A stretch of 64,000 nucleotides of DNA from Burkholderiales bacterium (GCA_023701005.1 JAMPXW010000002.1:113053-177052), one strand, 5' to 3'. Counted from the first letter of the stretch, positions 31,740 through 41,843 are shown. Notes: a model not told the origin generated them from the letters alone. Numbers and translations: made by a program.

Positions 31740-32384
31740 TTATACTGGTTTTAAAACTACAACTTCACCTTCTTTGCCATCCAAATCTTTTAATTTTAAG
31801 GTCAATTTATCTACTTCTGGAGCCTTTTCTTCTCCTATCTCTTTCAAGAATATTTTTAAAGAAGCATCATCATAACTCATAGGAATGATCAATTTAGGTT
31901 CAAACAATAATGCAAATTTTGCAGCAGCTTTCGCATCGAGGAAAGTAGCTTCTTTGGAGACAGTACTTCCTCCAATAGGAATAAACATTATATCTGGACT
32001 ATCTATAACTTCTTGAGCTTCTTTGGAAACTTCCCCAGAAGACAATGCTCCCAAAAATGCTACTTTAATATTATCTAAGGTAAATGAATATATTGTATTA
32101 ATATATTTCTTGTCATTTATCAAAGCATTAGACATGGCAGCTTTAACAAAAACTTCTTTCACTTCATAATCTCCCGGACCTTCAATAACAAAAGGCATGC
32201 GCTCACCATGAGAAAGCTGTTCTATCCCATTAAAAAGAGGATGATTTGTTGTGACGAATGCTATATCAGAACCAAAATGCGCTGAGACTTTAGACTTGGC
32301 ATTTTTACTAACTGGATTAAAAGCGAGGACCATGTCCCCTTGTGTCATCTTAAAAAATTGTTCCCCAAAATATGTAATTATCAT
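31740..32384 (-). CDS. MBL-fold (Lactamase_B_3-like) protein
   Basis: MIITYFG, GPGDYEV, DIMFIPIGG, PKLIIPM; metal ligands degenerate. Confidence 0.75.
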   Translation of the reverse strand: MIITYFGEQFFKMTQGDMVLAFNPVSKNAKSKVSAHFGSDIAFVTTNHPLFNGIEQLSHGERMPFVIEGPGDYEVKEVFVKAAMSNALINDKKYINTIYSFTLDNIKVAFLGALSSGEVSKEAQEVIDSPDIMFIPIGGSTVSKEATFLDAKAAAKFALLFEPKLIIPMSYDDASLKIFLKEIGEEKAPEVDKLTLKLKDLDGKEGEVVVLKPV

Positions 32385-32500
32385 TACTACTATTATATCA
32401 AAATGATAAACAAAAACAAAGCAAAAATTAACTTTTTTTGTATTTCAAAACCTCTTGCTTTTTTAAAAAATTATAGTAAGATTATCAGTAATATATTAAA

Positions 32501-32580
32501 AGCATGGATTTAGGGTAACCCTAACGAGGCGCAAGCCAAATTAGAACCTAAGCCTTATATCCGCTTGTAGGCGGATTTTT
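32501..32580 (+). promoter_or_regulatory. Structured 5' leader of rpsA
   Basis: Nested hairpin capped by ggc-gcaa-gcc, plus atccgc/gcggat hairpin just before the start codon. Confidence 0.5.
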
Positions 32581-32591
32581 TTAATCAAATT

Positions 32592-33671
32592 ATGAATAAA
32601 GAAGAAGTAGTTCAAGAAAATCTAGTATTGAAGTCTATTGTAGACAGAAGTGCTAGTAGGCCTGAAGTAGATTCTCTAGTAGAAGGACCTGTTATTTTAA
32701 TTGAGAAATCGTCTGTATATGTTGACCTTTCCCCTTTTGGAACAGGTATTATATACGGAAGAGAATTTATTAATGCAAAAGACATCATCAAAAAGATTAG
32801 TCTTGGTGACATCATAAAAGCAAAGGTTGTAGAAAAAGAAAATGAAAATGGCTATACAGAGCTCTCATTGAAAGAAGCTAAACAAGCTCTCACATGGAGT
32901 GAAGCTGAGAAAGCTATCAAAGCAAAAACTGTATTAGACCTAGAAATAAAAGATGCAAACAAAGGAGGTTTGATATTAGAATGGCAAGGAATACAAGGAT
33001 TCTTACCAGCTTCTCAATTGAAAGCAGATCATTATCCTAGAGTATTAGATTCTGATAAAGATAAAATTTTGAAAGAATTAAAGAAACTCGTCGGAGAAAA
33101 AATATCTGTTATGATCATTTCTACTCTTCCAAAAGAAGGTAAATTAATCTTCTCAGAAAAAGATAACAATCCTGAAGAGAAAAAAGAAATATTAAGCAAA
33201 TACAATGTCGGAGATGAATTGGAATGCACAATAGCTGGACTCGTAGATTTCGGAGTATTCTTGAAATTAGAAGACGGCTTAGAAGGATTGGTACACATAT
33301 CAGAACTCGATTGGGGTTTGGTTGAAGATCCTCGTACAATGTTTAAAGTTGGAGATAAAATAAGAGCGAAAGTTATAGAAATTAAAGAAGGTAAAATCTC
33401 TCTTTCTATCAAGGCTCTAAAGGAAAATCCTTGGACAGAATATGAAGGTAAATTAAAGAAAGGTGACATCATAAAAGGTGTCGTGATCAAATACAACAAA
33501 CATGGTGCATTGGTATCTATCAAAGAAGGTGTCGCAGGACTTGTACACAATTCTACTTTTGGATCTGAAGCTATGCTTCGTACCAAATTGGAACTTGGAA
33601 AGAACTACAATTTCCAAATTACACTATTTGAACCAAAAGAACACAAAATGACATTGGTGCATTTAGAATAA
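32592..33671 (+). CDS. rpsA: 30S ribosomal protein S1 (four S1 domains)
   Basis: NKGGL, GFLPASQL, FGVFL...EGLVHISEL, ISLSIKAL. Confidence 0.92.
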   Translation: MNKEEVVQENLVLKSIVDRSASRPEVDSLVEGPVILIEKSSVYVDLSPFGTGIIYGREFINAKDIIKKISLGDIIKAKVVEKENENGYTELSLKEAKQALTWSEAEKAIKAKTVLDLEIKDANKGGLILEWQGIQGFLPASQLKADHYPRVLDSDKDKILKELKKLVGEKISVMIISTLPKEGKLIFSEKDNNPEEKKEILSKYNVGDELECTIAGLVDFGVFLKLEDGLEGLVHISELDWGLVEDPRTMFKVGDKIRAKVIEIKEGKISLSIKALKENPWTEYEGKLKKGDIIKGVVIKYNKHGALVSIKEGVAGLVHNSTFGSEAMLRTKLELGKNYNFQITLFEPKEHKMTLVHLE

Positions 33672-33687
33672 AAATACTGAAACTAAA

Positions 33688-33725
33688 TACAAAAAAGCCC
33701 CCGCAGTAGCGGGGGCTTTTTTGTA
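33688..33725. terminator. Bidirectional terminator, copy 1
   Basis: tacaaaaaagcccccgc-agta-gcgggggcttttttgta. Confidence 0.9.
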
Positions 33726-33750
33726 TAAATATCTATTCTCTAAATTAAAA

Positions 33751-35061
33751 CTACGGAGCTGAAGTTATTGTCTCCCAAGTTGTAGTGTAAACATTTAATT
33801 TATTTGCTGTCGTATTGTAAATAACCATTCCGGCAGTTGGACTCGGAATCGCATCTCTCTGAGCCGTAGTCATTCGAGGAGGCATAAAAGCTTTGGTGGT
33901 ACTTGTTAAATCAACAATAGCATTTGCATTTGGACTCGTCGTCCCGATGCCGACGTTGCCATTGTTATTAATGAGCACTTTGTTATTCGCATATAAATAA
34001 TTGGACGTGCTCTCATTATATGCTGCAATAATTTGTTCATTGTCGTTATATAATCCTGATTCATTTGACGAAAAACTGCCTTTTGGTCTGATAGCGATCC
34101 CGCTAGAATAAAAACCGCCGCCTGAACCAACCTGGCCCTGTACTCCCAATGAATAATTTCCAAAGTCTTCATTGTAACTAGAGTTGCCGACCAATATGGT
34201 TTGGCCTGGTGTTGTTAATCTCATTCCGCCTTCAGGATCTATCCTTACGTAGCTGTTATAGTCAATAGTATCCCCGATGATCAATTGACCGATATTATTC
34301 CTATATATTTTCATGGATGAATAACCCAAAGGGTCGCTCCTTGTTTCCGGGAATTCAAATGCAACCAAATTATTAGTCCCGCCGACTGTAGCATTTCCTC
34401 GGAAGATCATAGTTCCATTTACATCTAACTTTGCTGCTGGTGCTGTAGTACCTATGCCGACGTTGCCGCTATTTGTAATTATCATTTTAGTTGCTTTGGT
34501 TCCAGTAGTGTTTGTGGTATCAAAAGTGATTTTAGTAGGAGTTATATTTGTACTTACTGTTCCATCCACCTTAAAATTTATTTCAGCTGCATCTTTATAT
34601 TGAGTTCCATCATGAGCTTGTGCCACCCAAGCCATTATAGTATCACCACTAACAACAGCTGTGGGACTAGCTGATGTACCCCTAGAACGTCCGATATGAA
34701 TAAAATTACCCATCCAACTAGTATCATTGTGTGCTTGTATTTTAACTTGATTGAGAGTATCTGCTTCAAAAAATATTGTTGGCGAAGAACTTGAAATAAC
34801 ATGCAGTTTCGCTGTTGGACTCGTAGTCCCTATCCCCACCTTCCCCGTCATCAAACCACCACCAATAATTATATTACCAGTAGTCGTAGTCGAACCTAGG
34901 TTAATATTTGAAGAAGCTTCACCATTTAGGTTAAGTGCTCCACTACTTGAAACAGTCAATGCTTCTAGTGTTAAGGCAGCATTGGCAAAACTTGCCCCTA
35001 TACCTAGAACCAAAAACAGGGCGACAATACCTATACTCACATATTTTAATTTTTTAGACAT
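33751..35061 (-). CDS. Secreted fibre/adhesin-like protein with GNVGIGTT repeats
   Basis: Signal peptide, three G(N/K)VGIGTT repeats, C-terminal PPRMTTAQRDAI..P.AGMVIYNTT module. Confidence 0.7.
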   Translation of the reverse strand: MSKKLKYVSIGIVALFLVLGIGASFANAALTLEALTVSSSGALNLNGEASSNINLGSTTTTGNIIIGGGLMTGKVGIGTTSPTAKLHVISSSSPTIFFEADTLNQVKIQAHNDTSWMGNFIHIGRSRGTSASPTAVVSGDTIMAWVAQAHDGTQYKDAAEINFKVDGTVSTNITPTKITFDTTNTTGTKATKMIITNSGNVGIGTTAPAAKLDVNGTMIFRGNATVGGTNNLVAFEFPETRSDPLGYSSMKIYRNNIGQLIIGDTIDYNSYVRIDPEGGMRLTTPGQTILVGNSSYNEDFGNYSLGVQGQVGSGGGFYSSGIAIRPKGSFSSNESGLYNDNEQIIAAYNESTSNYLYANNKVLINNNGNVGIGTTSPNANAIVDLTSTTKAFMPPRMTTAQRDAIPSPTAGMVIYNTTANKLNVYTTTWETITSAP

Positions 35062-35174
35062 ATACTATTATCCTGCAAGACTTTATGTAAAGCAGAATTA
35101 ATTAAATTAATAACAAAATAATTATAACTCCTATTGCCTTGACTTTAAATAGATGAAGTGGATAAAACTGTGTA

Positions 35175-35210
35175 TACAAAAAGCCCCCGCAGTAGCGGGG
35201 GCTTTTTGTA
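35175..35210. terminator. Terminator, copy 2 (near-identical to 33688-33725)
   Basis: tacaaaaagcccccgc-agta-gcgggggctttttgta. Confidence 0.9.
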
Positions 35211-35224
35211 TTTTTAATTATTAT

Positions 35225-35842
35225 TTATGAACTTACTTTTCCTGCTATTAAATTCTCATCACCTATTTCATTCATTATGGAAATCACTTGATCTACGTAT
35301 TTAGGTACAATAGAAGGAGGATTGTAGGCTTTAAGTATTTCTCTAGTATTTTTATCAGCATAATGTCTCGCAGTATTAGGATTATTACCACCCAAGTTCT
35401 TAGCAACAGTTTCTATAGCTTGTTCATTAGATTTAAAACCTATCTTACAAGAACCCCAACCGAAAGAGTTATAAGTAGCTTTTATACAAGCAAACTTTCC
35501 TCCAGTAGATTCACGTACAGATATAGCAGCTAAAAGTCTCCAATCAAGGCCATTCTTCTCGGCTTCTTCTACCATTTTCTTACCCATGCCTTCCAAGGGC
35601 ATATCATGGTCTTTGAAATAAGTATCTATAGCTTCCGCTTTAGCCTTTAAATCTTTTGCCTCCTGGTCTAAAGCCTGGTTAAGGGCTAATACACCATCGG
35701 TCATATTCTCTTTTTGTATAAATACAGTTTGAATAGTCTCTTTCGCAGTATCTTTTATCATAGTTCCTAAAGGTACCGGCCCTGCCATAAGGGGAATAAA
35801 CATAAGAGATTGGGCAAACCGTATTAAATTGTTTTTATTCAT
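35225..35842 (-). CDS. Secreted lysozyme/glucosaminidase-like protein
   Basis: GLDWRLLAAISVRESTGG, NSFGWG, YNPP...YVDQV. Confidence 0.75.
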   Translation of the reverse strand: MNKNNLIRFAQSLMFIPLMAGPVPLGTMIKDTAKETIQTVFIQKENMTDGVLALNQALDQEAKDLKAKAEAIDTYFKDHDMPLEGMGKKMVEEAEKNGLDWRLLAAISVRESTGGKFACIKATYNSFGWGSCKIGFKSNEQAIETVAKNLGGNNPNTARHYADKNTREILKAYNPPSIVPKYVDQVISIMNEIGDENLIAGKVSS

Positions 35843-36095
35843 ATTAGGGCGGTTGATGCTCCGCCAACTTCATATCCGTTTATTCAGCTTTTACTGAAAT
35901 AGCCCTTATTTAAAAGATAATCTACCATTTAATAAGGACATACCTATATACTAGCATATTCCATATCAAAAGTCAATAGTTATGCAACAATTTTGCTGTA
36001 TGTCAAATTAAAAAACCCTTATTTTATAAGGGTTTTTTAGAACAGCCCATTGACAAATAAGGCTAAAATATGGGTAATTTAGGCTTTGGGGATAA

Positions 36096-36219
36096 ATAAT
36101 AAAAATAGAAAGAGCTAATTTTAAGTCGGTACGGAATTTTTGAAGCTTAAAAATTCCTGAAATTGGCTCGTCGACACTCGCCAAACCCCTTTTAAAATCA
36201 CTCTTTCTATTTTTATTAT
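36096..36219. repeat. Long hairpin element with 19-bp perfect terminal inverted repeats
   Basis: ataataaaaatagaaagag ... ctctttctatttttattat enclosing two internal hairpins; overlaps the murC stop. Confidence 0.8.
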
Positions 36220-37529
36220 AATTTAAAAACTTTTTCAGCTACTTTATAGGCCTCTCCTGCCCCCATAGTCACAAATACATCATTCTCTCCTAAGTTTAAA
36301 TCCTTTATGAAGATCTCAGCTGAAGCAAAATCAGGAAAAGCCTTGGCTCTATCACCTGCTAGTGATATAGCTGAAGCTAGCTTTTCGCTAGAAATACTCT
36401 CATCTTTAACTTCTCTGGCAAAAAAGATAGGCAAAAGATAAATATTGTCTGCCCCCTTAAAACATTTTGCAAAATCATTAAAGAGGGCTTTTGTCCTACT
36501 ATAAAGGTGTGGCTGAAACAAAATCGTAATCTTTTTATCCCCTATTTTGTAAATTTCCCTTAAAGCTTCTATACTTGCCTTTATTTCTGTGGGATGATGG
36601 GCATAATCATCATAAATGATAGTTCCTGTGCTCGTCTTGCCCTTTTTCTCTAATCTTCTCCAAGTCCCAGAAAATTGAGCAATGGACTTTTGAGCATCTT
36701 CATCTTTTATATTAAAAATATTAGCAACAGCCAACGCAGCTGCAGCATTCAAACGATTGTGTATTCCTGGGACAGATAAATCTGGGACTTTGTCTATGTA
36801 ATGTGTATAATTAATCACCTTTGCTTTATATTTCTTTTTTAAAATATTATTAACTGATACTTGATTTAAATTACAAACAATATAATTGTCTGTCTTGTCT
36901 GCCAAATCAGCAAAAGCATCCTCGATGTCATTCAAATCTTTATAATAATCTAAATGATCTTCTTCTATATTTGTAATCACTAAAATTTTTGGTTTTAAAT
37001 TCAAAAAAGATCTTTCATATTCGCAAGCTTCGACGACAAAAGCACTACCTTTGCCTATCACTAAATTAGAATTATTTTCTTTCAACAAAGAACCGACGAT
37101 GACTGAAGGATCTTTATGATTATCAATCAATATCTTGGCTATCATGGCTGTCGTCGTCGTTTTGCCGTGAGTTCCTGATACAGCTATGGTGTATTTATGT
37201 TTTGTCACGATACCGAGCATCTCTGGATAAGATCTAATCGGTATTCTTTGCTGGCTTTTTATTTTTGAGAAAAATTCCGGATCATAATTAATGATAGCTG
37301 TCGTGTAGACAATCAATTCAACATCTTTTGGTATATCTTCATATGATTGACCTACCGTTATCTTTGCCCCCATTTTACGCAAACTTTCTACTACTATTCC
37401 TTCTTGCATATCCTGTCCTGTGACATCTTTCTTTTCATCTATCATTATGCGCGCAATCGCCGAAATACCTATTCCACCTATCCCTACAAAGTGCACATGT
37501 TTAATTTTTGATAAATCCAATTCTTCCAT
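36216..37529 (-). CDS. murC: UDP-N-acetylmuramate--L-alanine ligase
   Basis: HFVGIGGIGIS, GTHGKTTT, EACE, DDYAHHPTE, FQPHLYSRT. Confidence 0.96.
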   Translation of the reverse strand: MEELDLSKIKHVHFVGIGGIGISAIARIMIDEKKDVTGQDMQEGIVVESLRKMGAKITVGQSYEDIPKDVELIVYTTAIINYDPEFFSKIKSQQRIPIRSYPEMLGIVTKHKYTIAVSGTHGKTTTTAMIAKILIDNHKDPSVIVGSLLKENNSNLVIGKGSAFVVEACEYERSFLNLKPKILVITNIEEDHLDYYKDLNDIEDAFADLADKTDNYIVCNLNQVSVNNILKKKYKAKVINYTHYIDKVPDLSVPGIHNRLNAAAALAVANIFNIKDEDAQKSIAQFSGTWRRLEKKGKTSTGTIIYDDYAHHPTEIKASIEALREIYKIGDKKITILFQPHLYSRTKALFNDFAKCFKGADNIYLLPIFFAREVKDESISSEKLASAISLAGDRAKAFPDFASAEIFIKDLNLGENDVFVTMGAGEAYKVAEKVFKL

Positions 37530-37530
37530 G

Positions 37531-38892
37531 TTATTTAAGTTTTTTTATTATCTTCAAAAATAAATCATTTCTTTCATATTCATTATTAAATTGTCCAAAA
37601 GATGCAAAGGCTGGAGAAAATAATATTATGTCGCCTTTCTTTGATTGTTTAATAGCTTCTTTCACAGCTTCGTTTAGATCTTTAACCAGCAAACTATTTT
37701 TTAATTTAAACTTATTATTTAATTCATCTGTTCCAGTCCCTGGTATCATTATAATCCCTTTACAATATTTATTCACAACCTTAACAAAATCTTCCAAGGG
37801 AAGCTTTTTGTCTGCTCCACCACAAATTAAAATAACTCTCTTTTCTTCCCCGAAGCCAGGGTTAGGGGAAACTTTTACAGACAAAGCTTCGATACCTGCC
37901 ATTGTCGCTTCTGGGGTAGTAGCATTGTTGTCGTTATATATTTTTACACCTTTTATCGTCTTTATGTATTGAAGTCTGCCTTCTAATCCTTTAAAATTCT
38001 TTATTGCTTTAGCTATTTTAGAAATAGGAATATTAAATTGTTCTGCCACTTTCACAGCGCATGCTAGATTTTCTTTCTGATATTTACCAGGAACAATAAA
38101 ATTGTATTTATCTACATCTTTCGCATCTACAATTATCAATTTACCTTTCGTATCACCTTTCTTTATAAAATCTTTCATTCCTTCACGGATAATTAAAATA
38201 TCATTCTCTTTTTGAAATTTAAAAATATTCGCTTTATCATCAAAATATCTTTCCATGGAATTACCATAATAATTCATATGATCAGGCATAAAAGAAGTAA
38301 AAACAGAAATATGTGGAGATAGTTTGGAATCGCCGAAGCCTTGCAATTGCCAAGAATCAAGTTCGCAGACCAAAATATCTCCTTCTTTTACTTTTTTAAG
38401 AAGAGGCAAAGTAGCAACACCTCTCACATTACCTCCAATAAATACATTGCGTTTCAGGAATTTTTCATTTTGTTTTAAAATCTCATAGATAAGTGCTGTT
38501 GTCATGGATTTACCTCTAGTGCCTGTTGCCCCTATCAACATAACTTCTGGCGCACTTTTTGCAAACAAAGAGACGTCCATTTCTATGGGAATATTATTTT
38601 TAACTGCTTCTTTTATATAAATAGAATCTATGGGGACGCCTGCTGCTTTCATTATTAGATCTCTATTTTTAAAATCTTCTAATCTATGTTCCCCAAGAAC
38701 AAATTTAATATTTTTATATTTAGATAAAACTTTTACAGAACTTTCAATTTGTTCTTTTGTTTTAAGATCAGTCACTATTAAATCTGCACCACATTCTGCA
38801 AAAAATTTGGTATAACCTAGGCCACGCCCCAAAAGACCCAATCCCATGATCGTAATCTTTTTCCCTTTAAATTGTTTTTTATAATCTATCAT
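37531..38892 (-). CDS. murD: UDP-N-acetylmuramoyl-L-alanine--D-glutamate ligase
   Basis: GLG..G, TGTRGKS, ELDSWQL, ATTPEA, GGADK, FSPAFASFGQF. Confidence 0.95.
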   Translation of the reverse strand: MIDYKKQFKGKKITIMGLGLLGRGLGYTKFFAECGADLIVTDLKTKEQIESSVKVLSKYKNIKFVLGEHRLEDFKNRDLIMKAAGVPIDSIYIKEAVKNNIPIEMDVSLFAKSAPEVMLIGATGTRGKSMTTALIYEILKQNEKFLKRNVFIGGNVRGVATLPLLKKVKEGDILVCELDSWQLQGFGDSKLSPHISVFTSFMPDHMNYYGNSMERYFDDKANIFKFQKENDILIIREGMKDFIKKGDTKGKLIIVDAKDVDKYNFIVPGKYQKENLACAVKVAEQFNIPISKIAKAIKNFKGLEGRLQYIKTIKGVKIYNDNNATTPEATMAGIEALSVKVSPNPGFGEEKRVILICGGADKKLPLEDFVKVVNKYCKGIIMIPGTGTDELNNKFKLKNSLLVKDLNEAVKEAIKQSKKGDIILFSPAFASFGQFNNEYERNDLFLKIIKKLK

Positions 38893-38895
38893 CTT

Positions 38896-40569
38896 TTAAA
38901 TAACTTCTTTCTGATAACACTTTTCACAATACATAATCGGAGCCACTTCCTCAGTCAAATTTGTATAACATACTTTATTACAATTTGAACAATTGCGATT
39001 AAAAAACTTAAATGAGCCCCTACGAACTATACGGCCTTTATGCCTACAATAAAAGCACCTTCTTGGTATTGGCAAAATCATTTTACGATAAAAAGTAAGC
39101 TCTTGCATAGTTATCTTATAATTGCGATCACATTCTATACACTTAAACACTTCATTCACAACCGAATCTTTTATATCTTTGATATGATCTGGAATTTCTT
39201 CCGGGCTCATTGTTTCTTTGCCTGTTGTCATCTGTATATCTTCTTCCCATCTAAAACCTTGTGCCAAGGCTTCTTCTTTGGTTAAAGGCATATTATCTTG
39301 CCCAACTGTTTCATTATAAGCAAAAGGTGATATTTCTGGAGACATTATTAATCCATACATATCATCTTTTATTAATTCATCTATTATTTTATTTTTTAAT
39401 CTTTCATATTCATCCTTTTCATATTCCTTATTTAAAATAGCATATTGTCCATCTTTTAATGCATCACAACCAATACAATCCTTACATCTTCTTAAATCGA
39501 AACTATTTAAAATATTACTACAATTCTCAGCCCAATATGACCCTATAATATTATTGGAATGTCCTGTAGCAACAACTTCCAGCAAGCATTCTGATTTTGT
39601 CCCAAAACCAATTGTACCTATAGAATCTTTAATTAATTTTGAAGAAAAAATATAACGACAATTTTCTGACATAGCTACTTCAAATGAATTATGAATATTC
39701 TTACACTCAGAAAGATAATCCCCCGTAGAATCCACCGTCTTTAAATTGTTATTCTCTTTTCGTGGAAGTGTTTTACAAAATTCTATAAATTTTTTCTTGG
39801 CTTCTTCCATCTTTTTATAACTTCCCTTTATTTCTTTTATTTTCTTTTGATATTCTTCCGCGCTTAATTGTTCATTAAAATAACAATTACTTTTATTACG
39901 CAAATTTACACAGCCAAAACAATTTGTAAGTCCACTGCCGTTTAGAATAAACATGGAATCTAAGCAATTACTTATATTTTGACCCCATAATACTCCTGAT
40001 GATTCTTGGGCATTTATACATTCATAACAACGCTCAAATTTTACTCCAAAATAGACATCTGAAGAATCAAGACCATATCTCATTCCTCTCGAATATAATA
40101 ATTCTTCAGCTGGACCTCCATTAAAAACAAGATAACAATTCTTGCAAGCACTAATCATATTTGTATATTCACTATTTATACTAACTCCTCCTCCAGAAGA
40201 TGTCCCTAAATTAATTTTGGGGACTTTGATTAAAAGCTCTTTAAATTGGTCTAAAAATGAACGTGATTCATCGTACTCCATGGCATAATCTTTTGCATTC
40301 CATTTATCAGAATAAAAACAATCATAACAATAAATCTTATAAGGAGATTTAGGATTATACATAGATATAACAGATTTATTACACATATGACATTTTCTTC
40401 CTGTATATAATGTAGTTTCATTTCTCCACATCGCACGCATCTTAAAACGACAATCTGGGCAAAAATTTGGAGGAGGAACCTTCATTTTTTCATAAAAAGA
40501 AAAATCATCTTGTTCTAAAACAAAATCATTTTTACATTTATTACATTTTTTTATTTCAGATTCTTTCAT
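38896..40569 (-). CDS. Cys-rich repeat / zinc-ribbon protein typical of CPR
   Basis: Many CxxC pairs (CNKC, CPDC, CYDC, CFGCVNL, CIEC, CEKC), SPFAYNE. Confidence 0.8.
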   Translation of the reverse strand: MKESEIKKCNKCKNDFVLEQDDFSFYEKMKVPPPNFCPDCRFKMRAMWRNETTLYTGRKCHMCNKSVISMYNPKSPYKIYCYDCFYSDKWNAKDYAMEYDESRSFLDQFKELLIKVPKINLGTSSGGGVSINSEYTNMISACKNCYLVFNGGPAEELLYSRGMRYGLDSSDVYFGVKFERCYECINAQESSGVLWGQNISNCLDSMFILNGSGLTNCFGCVNLRNKSNCYFNEQLSAEEYQKKIKEIKGSYKKMEEAKKKFIEFCKTLPRKENNNLKTVDSTGDYLSECKNIHNSFEVAMSENCRYIFSSKLIKDSIGTIGFGTKSECLLEVVATGHSNNIIGSYWAENCSNILNSFDLRRCKDCIGCDALKDGQYAILNKEYEKDEYERLKNKIIDELIKDDMYGLIMSPEISPFAYNETVGQDNMPLTKEEALAQGFRWEEDIQMTTGKETMSPEEIPDHIKDIKDSVVNEVFKCIECDRNYKITMQELTFYRKMILPIPRRCFYCRHKGRIVRRGSFKFFNRNCSNCNKVCYTNLTEEVAPIMYCEKCYQKEVI

Positions 40570-40582
40570 TCGAAATTCGTAA

Positions 40583-41842
40583 TTATTTCAATACTTTCTT
40601 ATATTCCTCTATATCATCAAAATGATTTTTTACCCCTTTTATTTCTTGATAATCTTCATGACCTTTCCCAGCACAAAGAACAATATCACCACTCTTTGCT
40701 AATTTTACAGATTCTTCTATAGCTAGACGACGATCTACTATCGTAATTACTTTATTATTTTCTTCATGCGTCAAATCATCTTTCATATTTTCTATAATTT
40801 TTTCAGGATCTTCTCCTCTTGGATTGTCTGAAGTAAATATCGCAATATCAGATAAGCTCGCCCCGATCTTCCCCATTTTAGGGCGTTTTATAGGATCACG
40901 ATCTCCTCCACAACCAAACACAGATATGACCCTACTACCTTCTTTTTTTATTTCTTTTATCGTAGACAAAACATTTTCTAATGCATCGGGTGTATGAGCA
41001 TAATCTACAACAACAAGTACCCCATCTTTAGACATAAAATGTTCAAACCTGCCCTTGGGTGGCATTATGTTTTCTAAGCTCTTGTTTACATTTTCAGTAT
41101 CAAAATTTAAAAGTTTACAAACACTCCATACTGCCAATAAATTGTAAGCATTAAATTTTCCTAAAAGTTTCGTGTTTATAATTCTATTTTCTGGCATATT
41201 TTTCTGATGAAATTCTAAGCCAAGACCAGAAAAATCAGACCTTTTTATTTCTCCAAAGAAATCAGAAAAAAGAGCACGATTACCATATCTATAAAAATAA
41301 TTTTTTGCTTTTATTCCATCCAAGATTATTTCTCCATGATCGTCGTCTATGTTTGATAAAGCAAAAGCATCTTTCTGCAACATTTCAAAAAATTTCTTTT
41401 TAGCTTTAAAATAATTTTGTAAATCTTTATGATAATCTAAATGATCGTGTGTAAGATTTGTAAATACTCCTCCTGTAAATCTGACACCAGCAACCCTATT
41501 TTGATCTAAAGCATGAGAAGAAACTTCCATAAAAACATATTCACAATCTGCATCTACCATCTTTTTAAAAAGTTTAGTTAGAGATACAGAATCAGGAGTA
41601 GTGCTAGGAGCCTTATCATCATGTGGCAAAACATCAAAACCTATAATATTTTCTACTGTACTAATGAGCCCAGCCTTATGACCCAAGTCTGTGGCGACTT
41701 TATAAAGCAATGTAGCTGTCGTCGTCTTGCCGTTTGTGCCCGTCACTCCTATTATTTTTAATTTCTTAGATGGATTACCATAATAATATCTAACTACAAA
41801 TGATTTCACTCTCCACCAAATCTTTTTAAAAACTTTTTTCAT
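40583..41842 (-). CDS. murE: UDP-MurNAc-tripeptide synthetase MurE (DAP-type DNPR motif)
   Basis: GVTGTNGKTT, MEVSSH, NLTHDHLDYH, DYAHTPD, SDNPR, AGKGHE. Confidence 0.96.
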   Translation of the reverse strand: MKKVFKKIWWRVKSFVVRYYYGNPSKKLKIIGVTGTNGKTTTATLLYKVATDLGHKAGLISTVENIIGFDVLPHDDKAPSTTPDSVSLTKLFKKMVDADCEYVFMEVSSHALDQNRVAGVRFTGGVFTNLTHDHLDYHKDLQNYFKAKKKFFEMLQKDAFALSNIDDDHGEIILDGIKAKNYFYRYGNRALFSDFFGEIKRSDFSGLGLEFHQKNMPENRIINTKLLGKFNAYNLLAVWSVCKLLNFDTENVNKSLENIMPPKGRFEHFMSKDGVLVVVDYAHTPDALENVLSTIKEIKKEGSRVISVFGCGGDRDPIKRPKMGKIGASLSDIAIFTSDNPRGEDPEKIIENMKDDLTHEENNKVITIVDRRLAIEESVKLAKSGDIVLCAGKGHEDYQEIKGVKNHFDDIEEYKKVLK

Positions 41843-41843
41843 A

